The notes beneath the pieces are model-generated. The model searched no databases. It was not told where the DNA came from and saw only the letters and a list, made by a program, of their open reading frames with translations. Below, piece after piece: positions 25,900-37,251 of a DNA stretch of 64,000 nt. The stretch lies in assembly GCA_964187785.1 (NCBI GenBank), contig OZ076409.1:3908001-3972000 (forward strand). Direction: 5' to 3'. The DNA comes from Amphiscolops sp. MND2022. Lineage: Eukaryota. The position numbers and the translations under genes were made by a program. Position 1 is the stretch's first letter; the number at the start of each line of letters is the position of its first letter.

Positions 25900-28565
25900 C
25901 TTTACCCTCTAACGTAGACTTTTTATTCCTACTCGACAGTGGTACTTCTATCTGTGTTTTGAAATTAATACAAGAGATTGCTCCTTTTGTCAAAAAAATA
26001 CCCATTCGGTATCCACTTGTTATCGTAGACTAATCAATATCCTAACTCAATATCCTCAACCTTTACTATTTTAGCCGACCACTTCCTTAAATGCTCAGAA
26101 AATACACATACAACCTAACTCAATATCCTCAACCTTTACTATTTTAGCCGACCACTTCCTTAAATGCTCAAAAAATACACATACAAATAATGATTTTCTA
26201 CAAATGATACATTTTCTCCCAGAAACTCATCGATCAAGGTTTCGCACTTGATTGTTTTGATGATATTCTCCTCATAGCTCATACATACAAAAAGTCACAT
26301 GTTACTACTCATTGAACAATTACACCAAACATGTAGCTCCAATATTCTCAAAACAGCCTCCGAAAAATTTTTTATTGATAAGTTTCCTGGTCATGAAATC
26401 GGAAACAATACTGTTTAACCTATCTCCTCTAAAATCGGTGGTATTCACAAATTGAAAACTCCCACCTCTGAAACAGAACGATTTCGATTCGTTGTTTCTA
26501 TGAATTCTTATTCTGTTTTTATTAAAAACTCCATTTATCACCCAAACTGTTTTACAATCTCCTCCATGATGACGTCTGCTCTGAATGGACTCCTGAACTG
26601 GACAAACTATTCAATGAAATCAAAACCTCTCTTTCAAAAGATGCAGAACTTGCAATTCCCAATACCACTCATCCTTTTTATATTACTGTTGACGCCTTCC
26701 TTATTGGTTTAGGCGCTATATAATTTAAACCTATTTCCAACAAATTGCAAGTTATCTCCTACACTTCTCGTATACTAACAACTCAAGACCAAAAACACTC
26801 TATCTTTGATAGAGAACTTTGTGCTTTAATTTTTGCACTTTCACGGAATGATTTTATTATTATTGGTTCTCAATATCCACCATCTCTTCTACTGACCATA
26901 TTCCTGTTTTATTAATTTTCTCTCTCGAAGGAAACCTCACACCTCGACAATGTAAGGCGCAAAGGTTATTAACAAACTTATCTAAACCTCGTATTCTTCA
27001 CACAGCACGTACTAAGCTCACTGTTGCTGACATACCCGCTCCAGACTTTTCAACTGTTACAAATTAAATATGTCGGTTACAACACACAACACAACACCAT
27101 AAACTGCGGTTCTTCAACCTAAACCAAACAATTCTTCAAAAGAAGTTCAGTATTTGATTAAACAAGAAGACGTTTCGACTACACAAAACATGATTCTCAT
27201 CCCATCCTTGTTGACTATGATGCTGACCAGTTTACCCTTCGCATTCAAGATAAAAGTATTACAGTTACATATACTCCATGTAATAATGATCCTTTTTTAT
27301 TTCAATCCGTTTCCTCTTCTCCGAACAAAACAAAAATCCTATTAAAAACAAAGTCAAAACGTTACTTCAACAAGCTCCACTCTTAAATGAAACTGATTTT
27401 TTTGAAGATAATGATCCTGTTACCAAAAAAATTCCGCACCAAATTCCGAATCAACCTCAACTTTCACTTACTATTAGCATTCTCCTTTTTAAGTTCACCA
27501 CCAAAGTTTTCATGATCCTTCCCTTTCGATTGATATAAAAACTAATACAAGTAACTCCTCCGTTCCTATTTCAGGAAAGTTTTCTATAAAACAGGAACCT
27601 TATAACCTTACTCCAAATGATAAAACAACCTCCGTTTTTAATACTTAAAACCAACAAATCTAACATCCATATACAGATCTAAATTCTCATTTAGTCGAAC
27701 ATTACACACCTAACTCTAGAACATTTGAAGAACTTTTCACCAAATCTCAACACTCTACAGACCAAACCATTTACACTTTTTATGCACCTTTTGACAAAAC
27801 CCATTCACATGGTCATTCCGGTGGAAAACTCTCTATTAAAACTTTTAACCAATTTTATTACATACCCCATCTGCCATTTTGTTTCTCCATTTTTATACAT
27901 GACTGTGTTGAATGTCAAGGCAACAAACACCTTCCTGTTTTTGTGGAAAATTTTTTTAGTCATTTTGTTGTAACAAATCCAACTCCTCAATTTTTTTATA
28001 CAATTCAAACAAAACTTCATCACTGGATAAGAAAGTGTGGCCCTTCTGATTTTCCAATCACCGATCGATGTACCGAATACATTAATCGAGATATGACTCA
28101 TCTTTTAATCGTTTTTATGTTAATCATACTCCACGTGCTCCATATTCCCCATGCGCAAACGATAGAGGTGAAGTTCAAAATTGTGATTCTCTCCTCCCAC
28201 ACACACATTTTTGTGATAATGATCCTAACCCTTTTTTCCATTCTCTTATTACTGAACCTTTTTCTCGTTGGCTGCTGAACAAGCATTGTTACAAATATAC
28301 TCAACTTTTCGCCGCCACATAAACAATAAACTAATTTCTCAAACCTCCACGTTATTAAACTACTCACTTAAAACCACTCCCTCCTAGTACTTTTGTTATA
28401 AATGCAGATTATAAATCTGTTTTTTTTTCTAACAAACTCAAACCTAAATCTATTGGCCCCTACAAAATTATTCAACACCTGTCGGATATTACCTTTGAAC
28501 TTATGGCTCGAAATGGTTCTACATTTCACACTCATCGTAATCATAATTTACCTTATTATCCAAAA
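25900..28565 (+). pseudogene. Gypsy pol remnants
   Basis: Protease FLLDSGTSICVL (~25925); RT CFDDILL (~26255); RNase H HPFYITVDA..LGA, ISYTSRILT, DRELCAL, TDH; integrase HSHGHSG...CVEC, ITDRCTEY; GPY module KLKPKSIGPYKII (~28455). Confidence 0.85.
26041..26186. repeat. 73-bp tandem duplication
   Basis: cctaactcaatatcctcaacctttactattttagccgaccacttccttaaatgctca.aaaatacacatacaa twice. Confidence 0.9.
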
Positions 28566-29470
28566 AAAACCTCCTATTTCTGTAATTTTCGCCAATAAAA
28601 TGTTTTCATTTCATCACGTCAATATCGTTCCACCCCATCTATTCTTGATAATCTAAATACTGATAGGTATCAGGATGACCTGTCGCAGTATTTTGATTCC
28701 AATCAAGATCAACTATTTGGGTCTTTTGATTCGAACACCTCAACTATCTCGTCCAGTCCTACAACAGACACAATGTTATCTAGTTCTTCGTTTCCTACCA
28801 ATTCCATAAGCAATTCGCAAAACCCTTCGTTAATTTTACATCGCCCACTTTTATATTCATTTCCTCTAACTCCTTCACTAGATACAACTTCAATTAATAC
28901 TGTTCAACATGCCCCTATAATAACAGCTCATATTGAACTTATCCCACAAAAACAATCAACCCTTCCCCTTTCACATACAGAACTTAAGTGAACTCCTTTT
29001 GATATAACTGCAACTCATTCACCACCTCCTCCTCATCCTCACATTCCTGACCTAACCGATATTGACTAAATACAACTTCGAAATATTCATAAACCCATAC
29101 CTCTTAAACCAAATATAGTCCCTACCTCTATCAAAGGTGGTCCCAGACTTTCTCAATTTGATCCCTCGCTTCCACTTCATAAACCTTGTAAACATAGACA
29201 GCCTGATTCTTCGCGTCCACCTCCAAAACTTTTAACGATACCTGCCCTTGACTCTTTTGACACACTCAGTGAAAAATACGCTTCAAGCGACGTTGATTTT
29301 AATTCTTTTCACTCATTTATCCTCGTCTGCCTCCTTCCAACTCTGCTTGTTAACACACTACTTTCTCACTAGATAACCTTCATCATGAAACTTGTCTACG
29401 ATCTGATGATATTACACCCTTCAGAACGGATCTCCCAAAATCGACCTGGGTCTTCTACGAAAATATACAA

Positions 29471-31110
29471 TCAGTTTGTCAGAATGCCACGCATATGACC
29501 GCTCGTTGTGTTGAAAATGACCTCCAAAGAATTGCACAGAAATGTATTAGGGAAAAGTATCCTAATCATGTATGCTAATCATGATGTAGCAATTCGCCAG
29601 CAAGAAGGAAACCTGACAAGCAGAGATGCAAAGAGGCCATACCTTCAGTTCAACATATCACATAAAAATGGTTCGTATATCGGTACTGTAGGTGCAGTTC
29701 TCCTCGCAGGTAGTAGTCCTCGAGTGGTCATTGCTGATAAAGGAGCTTGCAGGTGCAAAAGACGGTAAAATTAGCAAACTTTGTGATGGTGTTTGGGGCC
29801 CCAAGATATCATTGTTGGCAGTGAAGAAAGCGCAGATGTCCCTTGCGTTAATATCATAAAAATCTGGTTTTATAAACTTTTCAATAAAGATAAACTCAAG
29901 CATAAAGTGTAAAATGACAAACTCATATCTGCTTTTGATGCTTGCGAACGCCGCGATCGAGTTTGAACCAATGTGTTTCATGTCTGCGACTAGAAGAATT
30001 CAGCAGTGAAACGTTCAAAAAATGGGCTGAAGCATATTACCAATTCATTATCTTGATATTCGGACATGCCGATTTGACACTTTATAAATCGAAAACGCTG
30101 AAAATTCCTCAACTTATTGAAAGTGGATATATACGAAGACTACTTGATCATTTGTGTGAAGTGAAGGCCTTGAAAAATCCAACCACCAAGCTAATCGTGG
30201 CTTCCAAACAATAACAATGCGCGGAGTCGGCAAAGTCTATCACAAGGATCCACTATTCCTCTAGTTGTCCTTTTCTTTTTTGAATTCCTCAAGATTCGCA
30301 GTTGAAGTTGGAGACAAAAGGTCGTACGCTGAACCAACTTCTAAGAACATCATGGAACCTGAACAAAACGCAACAACAGAGGTCCACTATGATACCATAA
30401 TGTGACTGGAAACAAAAAGAACTAACAGACAGTTTCGAAAAGTACCTCAAACAGCGTAATGAATATATTTCATGGTGCAACAAATATGATATGCATTGAC
30501 ATTCCGGGACCTCTGTACCTTGATATTTGCCGCAAAGAACCACCATCAACATCTATCGCCACTGGTTGTCAAGAAAATCATTCAAGTGGATTAAGATTTT
30601 GCCTGTTTGGTCGCTTGGGTACTTGCAAAAAACAATACTCTAACACATGACATAGTGAAACAATTGATTATCAATATGGGAGAAACTTTTCTAGAAAATG
30701 AACCAGCTGACGTGTTAATGAGCACCCATTCACAACTCCCCAGTTGTTTTGTTCTCGCCAAGGACGAAAAAGATCTAGTTTTAGGTACCGGTTCCACAGA
30801 GGAAACAAACGACATGAAAAAACCAAGGAAAAGAGGGTCATCAGCAACACGGGAGGTTGGAATTGAACCATCACTATATTCCAAAGTAGCGAATCCATTC
30901 GCAGCTTGGGGTTTCAATTTTTGAACATCGATTTTGTAGCTGAAGTCGACGAGAAAAAATGCTGATTGACCCGGAGCCATACATTCTTCGCATGGATCCA
31001 AACTTGTTGAAAATTGTGTCAACGACAGAAGACCTTCGTGGAAATCCACGGGGTGAAAGTGTATCTGCAATTGTCGCTCTCAAGAGATACCGTGATGGCA
31101 CTTTTTAACA
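29471..31110 (+). pseudogene. RAG1/Transib-like DDE transposase + BRCT, copy 1 (5'-truncated, frameshifted)
   Basis: VCQNATHMTARCVENDL aligns to TCPNVLHMIIRSVESDL of copy 2. YYQFIILIFGHADLTLYKSK..LCE-GLEKSNH aligns to YYQSTICLFGDRALTPYKLK..TEGTEKSHH. SGLRFCLFGRLG..LTHDIVKQLIINMG is a BRCT-like start. Confidence 0.7.
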
Positions 31111-31289
31111 AAAATTTTCGTTTTGATTTACTATTCTCTTCCAATTCATGTGTTTAGTGATGAATTCTAGAGAACTTTTTAGGTTAATTGTGATGCTCCT
31201 ACGAATCTAAGGAAAGGTTTTACATGTCGTTGATTGGTACCAAAAAGCACACAAAAGGAGGCTCCGTTTCTTAGACCAAATCTTTAAGC

Positions 31290-31560
31290 ACATGGCGTGG
31301 AAACCAAATACAAATCCTAATACATTGCGTACTTTCACTCAAAGGGTATACACATGATTGCGCGTTACAACGAGTGTCGTAGTTTCCACGGTTTTTCAGC
31401 ATAAATTGACTTGCTCAAAGAATGCAATTCGGAAAACAAGACCATATCATTCAACACATGGCGTGAAAACAAAACACGAATCCTAATACATTGCGGACTT
31501 CCACTCAAAGGGGTAGACGAATGATTGCGCGTTACCATAAATGTCCTGGTTTCCATTGCG
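31290..31560. repeat. ~166-bp repeat unit (further copies 33530-33816 and 57485-57550)
   Basis: catggcgtggaaaccaaa.acaaatcctaatacattgcg..cttccactcaaaggg.ta.ac..atgattgcgcgtta recurs. Confidence 0.8.
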
Positions 31561-31834
31561 GTTTTATCTTGCGGAACTTCACTTGTTGAGGTATACTCCT
31601 GATTTTTCTCCTATTTTTATTCTTCGGAAGTTTTTTTTTGTATTCAAAACATTTCAAAGCATGCTTTGAACGTTTGAGTATAGTTTTCAATTAGTTTTCA
31701 CATTAAACTTCTTGCGCTGGTCGCTGAATAAAACAGGTTGTAAGGTATTTTGTTGCGCTTTTTTATTGTCGTTTTTTCAATGATAACGGAAATCTAAATC
31801 TGAATCTACAATCAAATCTAAACCTTAAAAAAAT

Positions 31835-33440
31835 CTAGTTCAATGGAGGCTGAGCGTTTCCCATAATGGCAGCAACAATGGGACAGCGTTCCAGGTGCAA
31901 AGATGGATCTAGCAATTTTACCGGCAAGACAGTTCTTCCCCTGCCTTTAACATGGGTAACCATCATTGCGGGTTTTGACTGGAGTTCTAGTAAATATGTT
32001 GTCGTCATAACTTCCTCGTAGGTTTTCGTGTAGGGGTGAACACCGATGGACACATAATCTGGAACAGTTAGAGCCTTACTGGGATCCGTATTCTTTTTGG
32101 TATGCTCGCTCAGATAGTTGCGGTTGCTTTTTGGTGGCTCAGGCAGAGTCACTCAAGCTTTTTTGGCCCAAAACGATGTAAAGTCATTCAGGACTGAGAT
32201 CGGGTAGCACCTGTAAAACGTTAAAATCAAATTATTGCTCTAAAGCTTTGGAAAAACTGGCCCTTCAACCTGGAGAGCAAATTTCAATTGAAAACTCCAA
32301 AATATTTTGGTATAGTTCTTGTATATCATGAACCTATTGACTTAGTAGCACAAAATTTCACTCAGTTGTTTTTTACTTGCATGTATACTAGACATGAATG
32401 TAGAAAATTACCTATATGTGTTTTGAAGTCTTGAAAAATGCAAGACTTTTTCATGAACAAAAGTTTTTGAACTAGAAAACGACCCTCATTAGAAACAAAG
32501 AGGAAATGATTGAAAATGGAAAAAAAGTTTTGTTTCCAAACAAGTCTGAAGGCTTAATAATCTTACTTTACGGGCGGCGTGTCCATTGTATATTGATTGC
32601 ACTGTGCTGTATATCGACACAAGGCGCCGACAGAGTCGAGGGCACAGCTTTCCGGCAATACGGTACGCCAGAAGTATCAACATCTCTGGAAGATCAGGGA
32701 ACTTGTATTCGGATCTTTTTGGGAACTCGACAATGATTGAGTGTCTTATCTTGGGCAGGTGCTCGAACGCCAGGAAGTTTGTTCCCAAGGAAATGGCATT
32801 GCCTTTCGTAAGAACAAAGTGGAGGAAATTTGGGGGCATGACTAGAAAATCTCCAGTTGTGACATGCAACCGCAAACATCTCTCTTCCAGCTGGTCGATG
32901 GTCCTGAAGAATGTTGGCCTGCAATTACATCAATTGTGTTTTTCAAATTTCTTGACATCAACAAAAGTAAACTGGAAAAACTTTTAATACTTGAAAAGAG
33001 ACGTTAATTGCTTGCTGGGTGTTGTTTTTCATCACCAAAAAATGTTAGCTGAAAAGTATGATTGTTTGTTTTTGAAAATAGAACAGTGTTCCTGAAGACA
33101 AGAAAATTGGTGAGCTAGAAAAGTTTTTCTACTAACGTACAGTTCTTCTCAGCAGTCGACCATCTTTCAAAAATCCTGAGATTTTTCTTCGACGGTTTCA
33201 CCAAAAAAAAATCTTCTTTCCAGTTAGAACTGTGTAAAACACAATGGTCGAAAAATAACACCTGATGCCACGTCGTGTGCACAGAACTTTGAGTGACCAG
33301 GACACAATAGGAAGTAGAACAAGAGTAAGGCAAGAGTTGGGGAGTGTCCTGACGTCGATGACCTTTCAAGGGTGATACCCTCTACCTGGATGACAGTTGG
33401 CCAACTCACCGAAAATTTCTTTATACGTCATTTCTCGTGT
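31835..33440 (-). pseudogene. ZnF-JmjC gene copy 1, 3' exons (KDM2/KDM7-type JmjC)
   Basis: Exon start ag|TREMTYKEIF; TWHQ..STIVFYTVLTGKKIFFLVKPSKKNLRIFERW; CLRLHVTTGDFLVMPPNFLHFVLTKGNAISLGTNFL (distal Fe-binding His present). GT-AG introns; frameshifts. Confidence 0.8.
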
Positions 33441-33899
33441 CTGTAAGAACATCCTATTAAATGATGATGCTAGGCAAGGTTCTAATTCACGTTATCAACA
33501 AAGTACTTGTCACACGTAGATTGGCCCTCGATTGGTATCAAAACGAACTCGACATAATGAACTGTCCCGGTTTCCACAATTTTTCAGTATAGATTGACTT
33601 GCTTAAAAAATGCAATGCGGAAAACAAGACCATATCTTTAAATATATGACGTGGAAACCAAACACAAATCCTAATAGATTGAGAAGTTCCAATCAAAGGG
33701 GTATACACATGATTGCGCGTTATCAAAGTGTCCTGCTTTCCAAAGTTTTTCAGTATAAATTGACTTGCTCAAAGAAGGCAATGCGGAAAACAAAGACACA
33801 TCTTTAAAAAGATGACCATCACGATACATATCCCCGCAAGCAAGTTCCCAGATCTTGCGACTTGCATTAATATCCAATCACAGTGAGTTATTATTATAA

Positions 33900-34085
33900 A
33901 TACAGTTTTACACTTTTCTCCTATTACACGAAGTCATAATTAGTTACACTGAAAGACTAAAATTCACTATTTGACTGGTTTACACTATTTTCCGGTCCAT
34001 AAATTTACACTAATTGACTGCATTACGCACTTTTGCAGTACTACGCACTTTGACTAAATTACGCAAATTTCCACTACGCATCAAT
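33900..34085. repeat. Left subterminal short-repeat array (tttgactaaattac[a/g]c-like); counterpart at ~57050-57420
   Basis: Multiple ttacac/ttacgca/tttgact motifs near both TIRs; both orientations occur at the right end. Confidence 0.65.
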
Positions 34086-35056
34086 TTCACTTGCTAGATG
34101 TTTCAGTTATTGTCGGAAAACATCGGTATTGATTCAATGATGATTAGTATTGAATTCTGAGTGATTTGAATTCAATCACGAGAATTGAAATCATAAACTT
34201 TCTATTTACAAATTTTGCTTACTGACATGATCAGTTAGCACTTAGTTCAAATGAGCTTAGGAAAACTAGGTTAGTTTTTTCTTCGAGGAAATCATATTTT
34301 TTATTTCAATTCATTTAATTTCAAAACTGTTAGAGGTTTGATGTTGAAACTAGTTTTGAAAGAGTTCAAAGGCAATGAATAGCTTTTGGAAAGAATAACA
34401 GAGTATTTGAAGTTTTGACAAGTAGTGATGTTTTATTTGTTTGGGGAAAACAGCCAGAAAGTCTGTGAAATGGATCGTCCTGAATGCAGAAGAAAACAAG
34501 CTTCATTCCCGAGAAAAGCTGAAACTCCCAGAAATACCCACATATCTCATCTTTAAGGTCGCATCTTCAAGGACCCACATAATGTAGGATTATCGAAAGA
34601 AAACGACCCCAGTTAACAAGGAAATTCAAAATTGAATCAACTCAGAAAGTTTCCAGGACTCAAAACTACTTTCTGCTATCTCTGATAAAAACAAAAGTGT
34701 TAATTTTGAACGATTTTATAATTTTATATTATTCCAATTTTAGTATCATTTCTCTATAAGTATTTTTATCCCCTGAGAGTGTGCTTGCAAGTTGTCGTGA
34801 TGTGCTTACGAGTAACCCAATGCGTTAATGTATTAGTTGAAGTGAAATAACATCATCATTGAATGATGATTGGTATTGACTTCTAAGTGATTCTAATCAC
34901 AAAAACGGGTTAAAATTTTGACTACTGTTATGATCAGAACTGGTTAATTTACCAAATCTTCAGCCAATTAAACTCCCGACTATATATTAATTCTCTTAAC
35001 GCAATTTGTTGAACAGTGCAAGATTATGAAGTACTGAAGTCCCATTGATTACAAGT

Positions 35057-35132
35057 GATCGATGGCGTAGGTTGTGGAATACAAGGCGGTCGATCTTTAG
35101 GACTGAGTTCGATTCCCGGTAGGGACGTTTTT
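35057..35132 (+). other. tRNA-derived (SINE-head-like) remnant
   Basis: A-box-like TGGCGTAGGTTG and B-box GAGTTCGATTCCC followed by a T-run; no convincing cloverleaf. Confidence 0.45.
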
Positions 35133-35798
35133 TAGAATTGAATTTTTTTTTCGTAATACAAAATCAAAAACTATCATATATGATATAAACGTATGGATAT
35201 AGTAGTAACACATTAAAATCCAGAAGAGCATTTTCGTTGCAGAGCATATTTGCTGTGATAATTTAGAAGCCACATACGATACGCACTTTTGCCTTGTGAA
35301 TTCACGCAGTCCTAAGCCGACTTTGGTGAAATGTTCTGGTTCTACTAAGGAAGAATTAACATCCTGAGAAATTCTGAGAAAAGATCCTCGAGTTAATGTT
35401 GGTATCCGTTTTTCGTTGAGAGTAAAAAAATGTTTTAGCGAACAAAAATCAATTTAGCCTTTCTCCTCATGACACCTTCAAGGGTTTCCCTATTCATTTT
35501 CTTCACCATAAAACATCATGTAACATCAAAGAAGTACAAATCAAAAAATGCAAGTAGGTAAATAATTTCAAACTTTTTTTACATTAAATGAACAATATTA
35601 AAAAAATGCAAGTATTTCAAAAATTTCAAATATTTTACATTGAATAAACAGAATTCAACCAAGGTCAGTTAATGCAGTTATAAATTAATTTGAATCGGTG
35701 TATAGACTATCATAACTAACACTTTGAAATGACTTTCGACAGGCATTCAAGGAGGAACAGTCAGACGCGTTCAAGTTGTCTTTTTATAAACGAAATTG

Positions 35799-36630
35799 GG
35801 TAGTCCTGACTAAGTAGGGTCCCTATAATGTAAGTGTGGTCCATGCATGTTTTGTCAGAATATTTATTATAACGTAGTCAGCTATGTTTACATACCTCTA
35901 GTGCCCTAAAATGCAGGAGCGAAGCGAAGCGGAGCGACGTGCCATATGGTAATGCCTCAATGTTGCTACTGGGCGAAAGGAGCAAAGCGACCGAGCTATA
36001 CAACAAAAATGCTAACCTCTTCAAATCAAGTTCCATACATTTTGGCTGTAACAGCACTGGTACTCCTGACCGGGCAACCTACAGTTCCTAAGTGTGGTCC
36101 CTACTAAATTTATGCAGTTGGCTTGAACACTCCTGACAAAGTGTGGTCCCTAACAGATTTAGAATGACCAACGTAAACCAAACTTTACATGTAGTTCAAA
36201 TCAGCAGAATTCAATTTACTAGCTTTTAGTGCTGTTACAGCCAATATGTATGAGACTTGAATTGAAAAGATTAGCAGATTTGTTCTATAGCTCAATCGCT
36301 TTGCTAAGTAGCAACATTGAGTCATGGCCATATGGCACATCGCTCCGCTCTTGCATTTAGGGCAGTAGGGGCATGTGAACATAGCTACCTTTTGATAATT
36401 ATTCCGACAAAATATGCAGGGACCACACTAACATTATAGGGACCACAATTAGTAACGAGAATCCGCTGGAGTGCCACAGCACTATAGGCTAGTAAATTGA
36501 ATTCTGCTGTTTTGTACTTGTAATGTTAACTTTACGTTGGCTATTCTAAATTTGCTAGGGACCAAACTTAGTGAGGAGTTTATAGGCCGGCTGCACAAAT
36601 TTTTAGGGACCACACTTAGTCAGGAGTACC
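35799..36630. mobile_element. Foldback/MITE-like element
   Basis: TIR GGTA(G/C)TCCTGACTAAGT..GGTCCCTA at both ends; internal inverted arms ~35820-36058 vs ~36229-36446 and ~36089-36178 vs ~36533-36620. Confidence 0.8.
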
Positions 36631-37251
36631 GGAAAATGTGCGCAAAGTTCGAGCCATATCGGTCGAGTCAAAAAAAGTTCTAATCAGCGTGACGCTTGTT
36701 TGTTGAAAACGCAACAGTCTAAGTCACTAAAAACAGTCAATTTAGGGAAGCCCTTGCATTTCAAATAAGTTAGGATTCCATTACATTTCATTACTGCATT
36801 AAATTTTTCCCAATCCCTGGACTCAACTAATCCAAGTTTAACTAAAATATTACGTGTTGCACGTGTAAGTGAGGTAGGAAATGACATGACGCTGAATGAG
36901 TTCGGAGGCACTGAATGGCACTGACTGAGGGAAGGTTGTCCGGATCGTTCACACATCAGCTATTCAGTGCACCAAGCTTGTATGCGCTGACTCATGATGG
37001 AGGCCAAAACACGATTCCTCTGGGACTTGAATTCTGAACACTTCAATTTCAGAATGATAATCTTTCAATAAATGATGATGATTTTGCTACTATCAAACGC
37101 TAGAATGAACGCTTTCAAAAAATGTATAAGTCGTAAGTAACATGACATCTGGTGACCAGATTTGATTCATGTTGAAATCAATTCTCAAATAAAATTTGCC
37201 AAATGTGGAATGGAATTTGAAGTAGACTTAAGATTAAATTTGTACGAATTA

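Larger units (their letters stand above)
22481..29460 (+). mobile_element. Degenerate Ty3/Gypsy element, copy C (5' region, gag, pol)
   Basis: Gag knuckle CSFCQKKTHSVSTC (~25203-25243) and RS-rich tail, followed by pol motifs. No paired LTRs found; right boundary approximate. Confidence 0.8.

Noticed and set aside
33879..33885. CACAGTG (RSS/Transib heptamer) near the left end; another at 60959
   Set aside because: No nonamer at 12/23 spacing and no inverted partner with a TSD; expected by chance in 64 kb.
35057..35132. Functional tRNA gene
   Set aside because: Has A/B boxes but no proper acceptor or anticodon stems.
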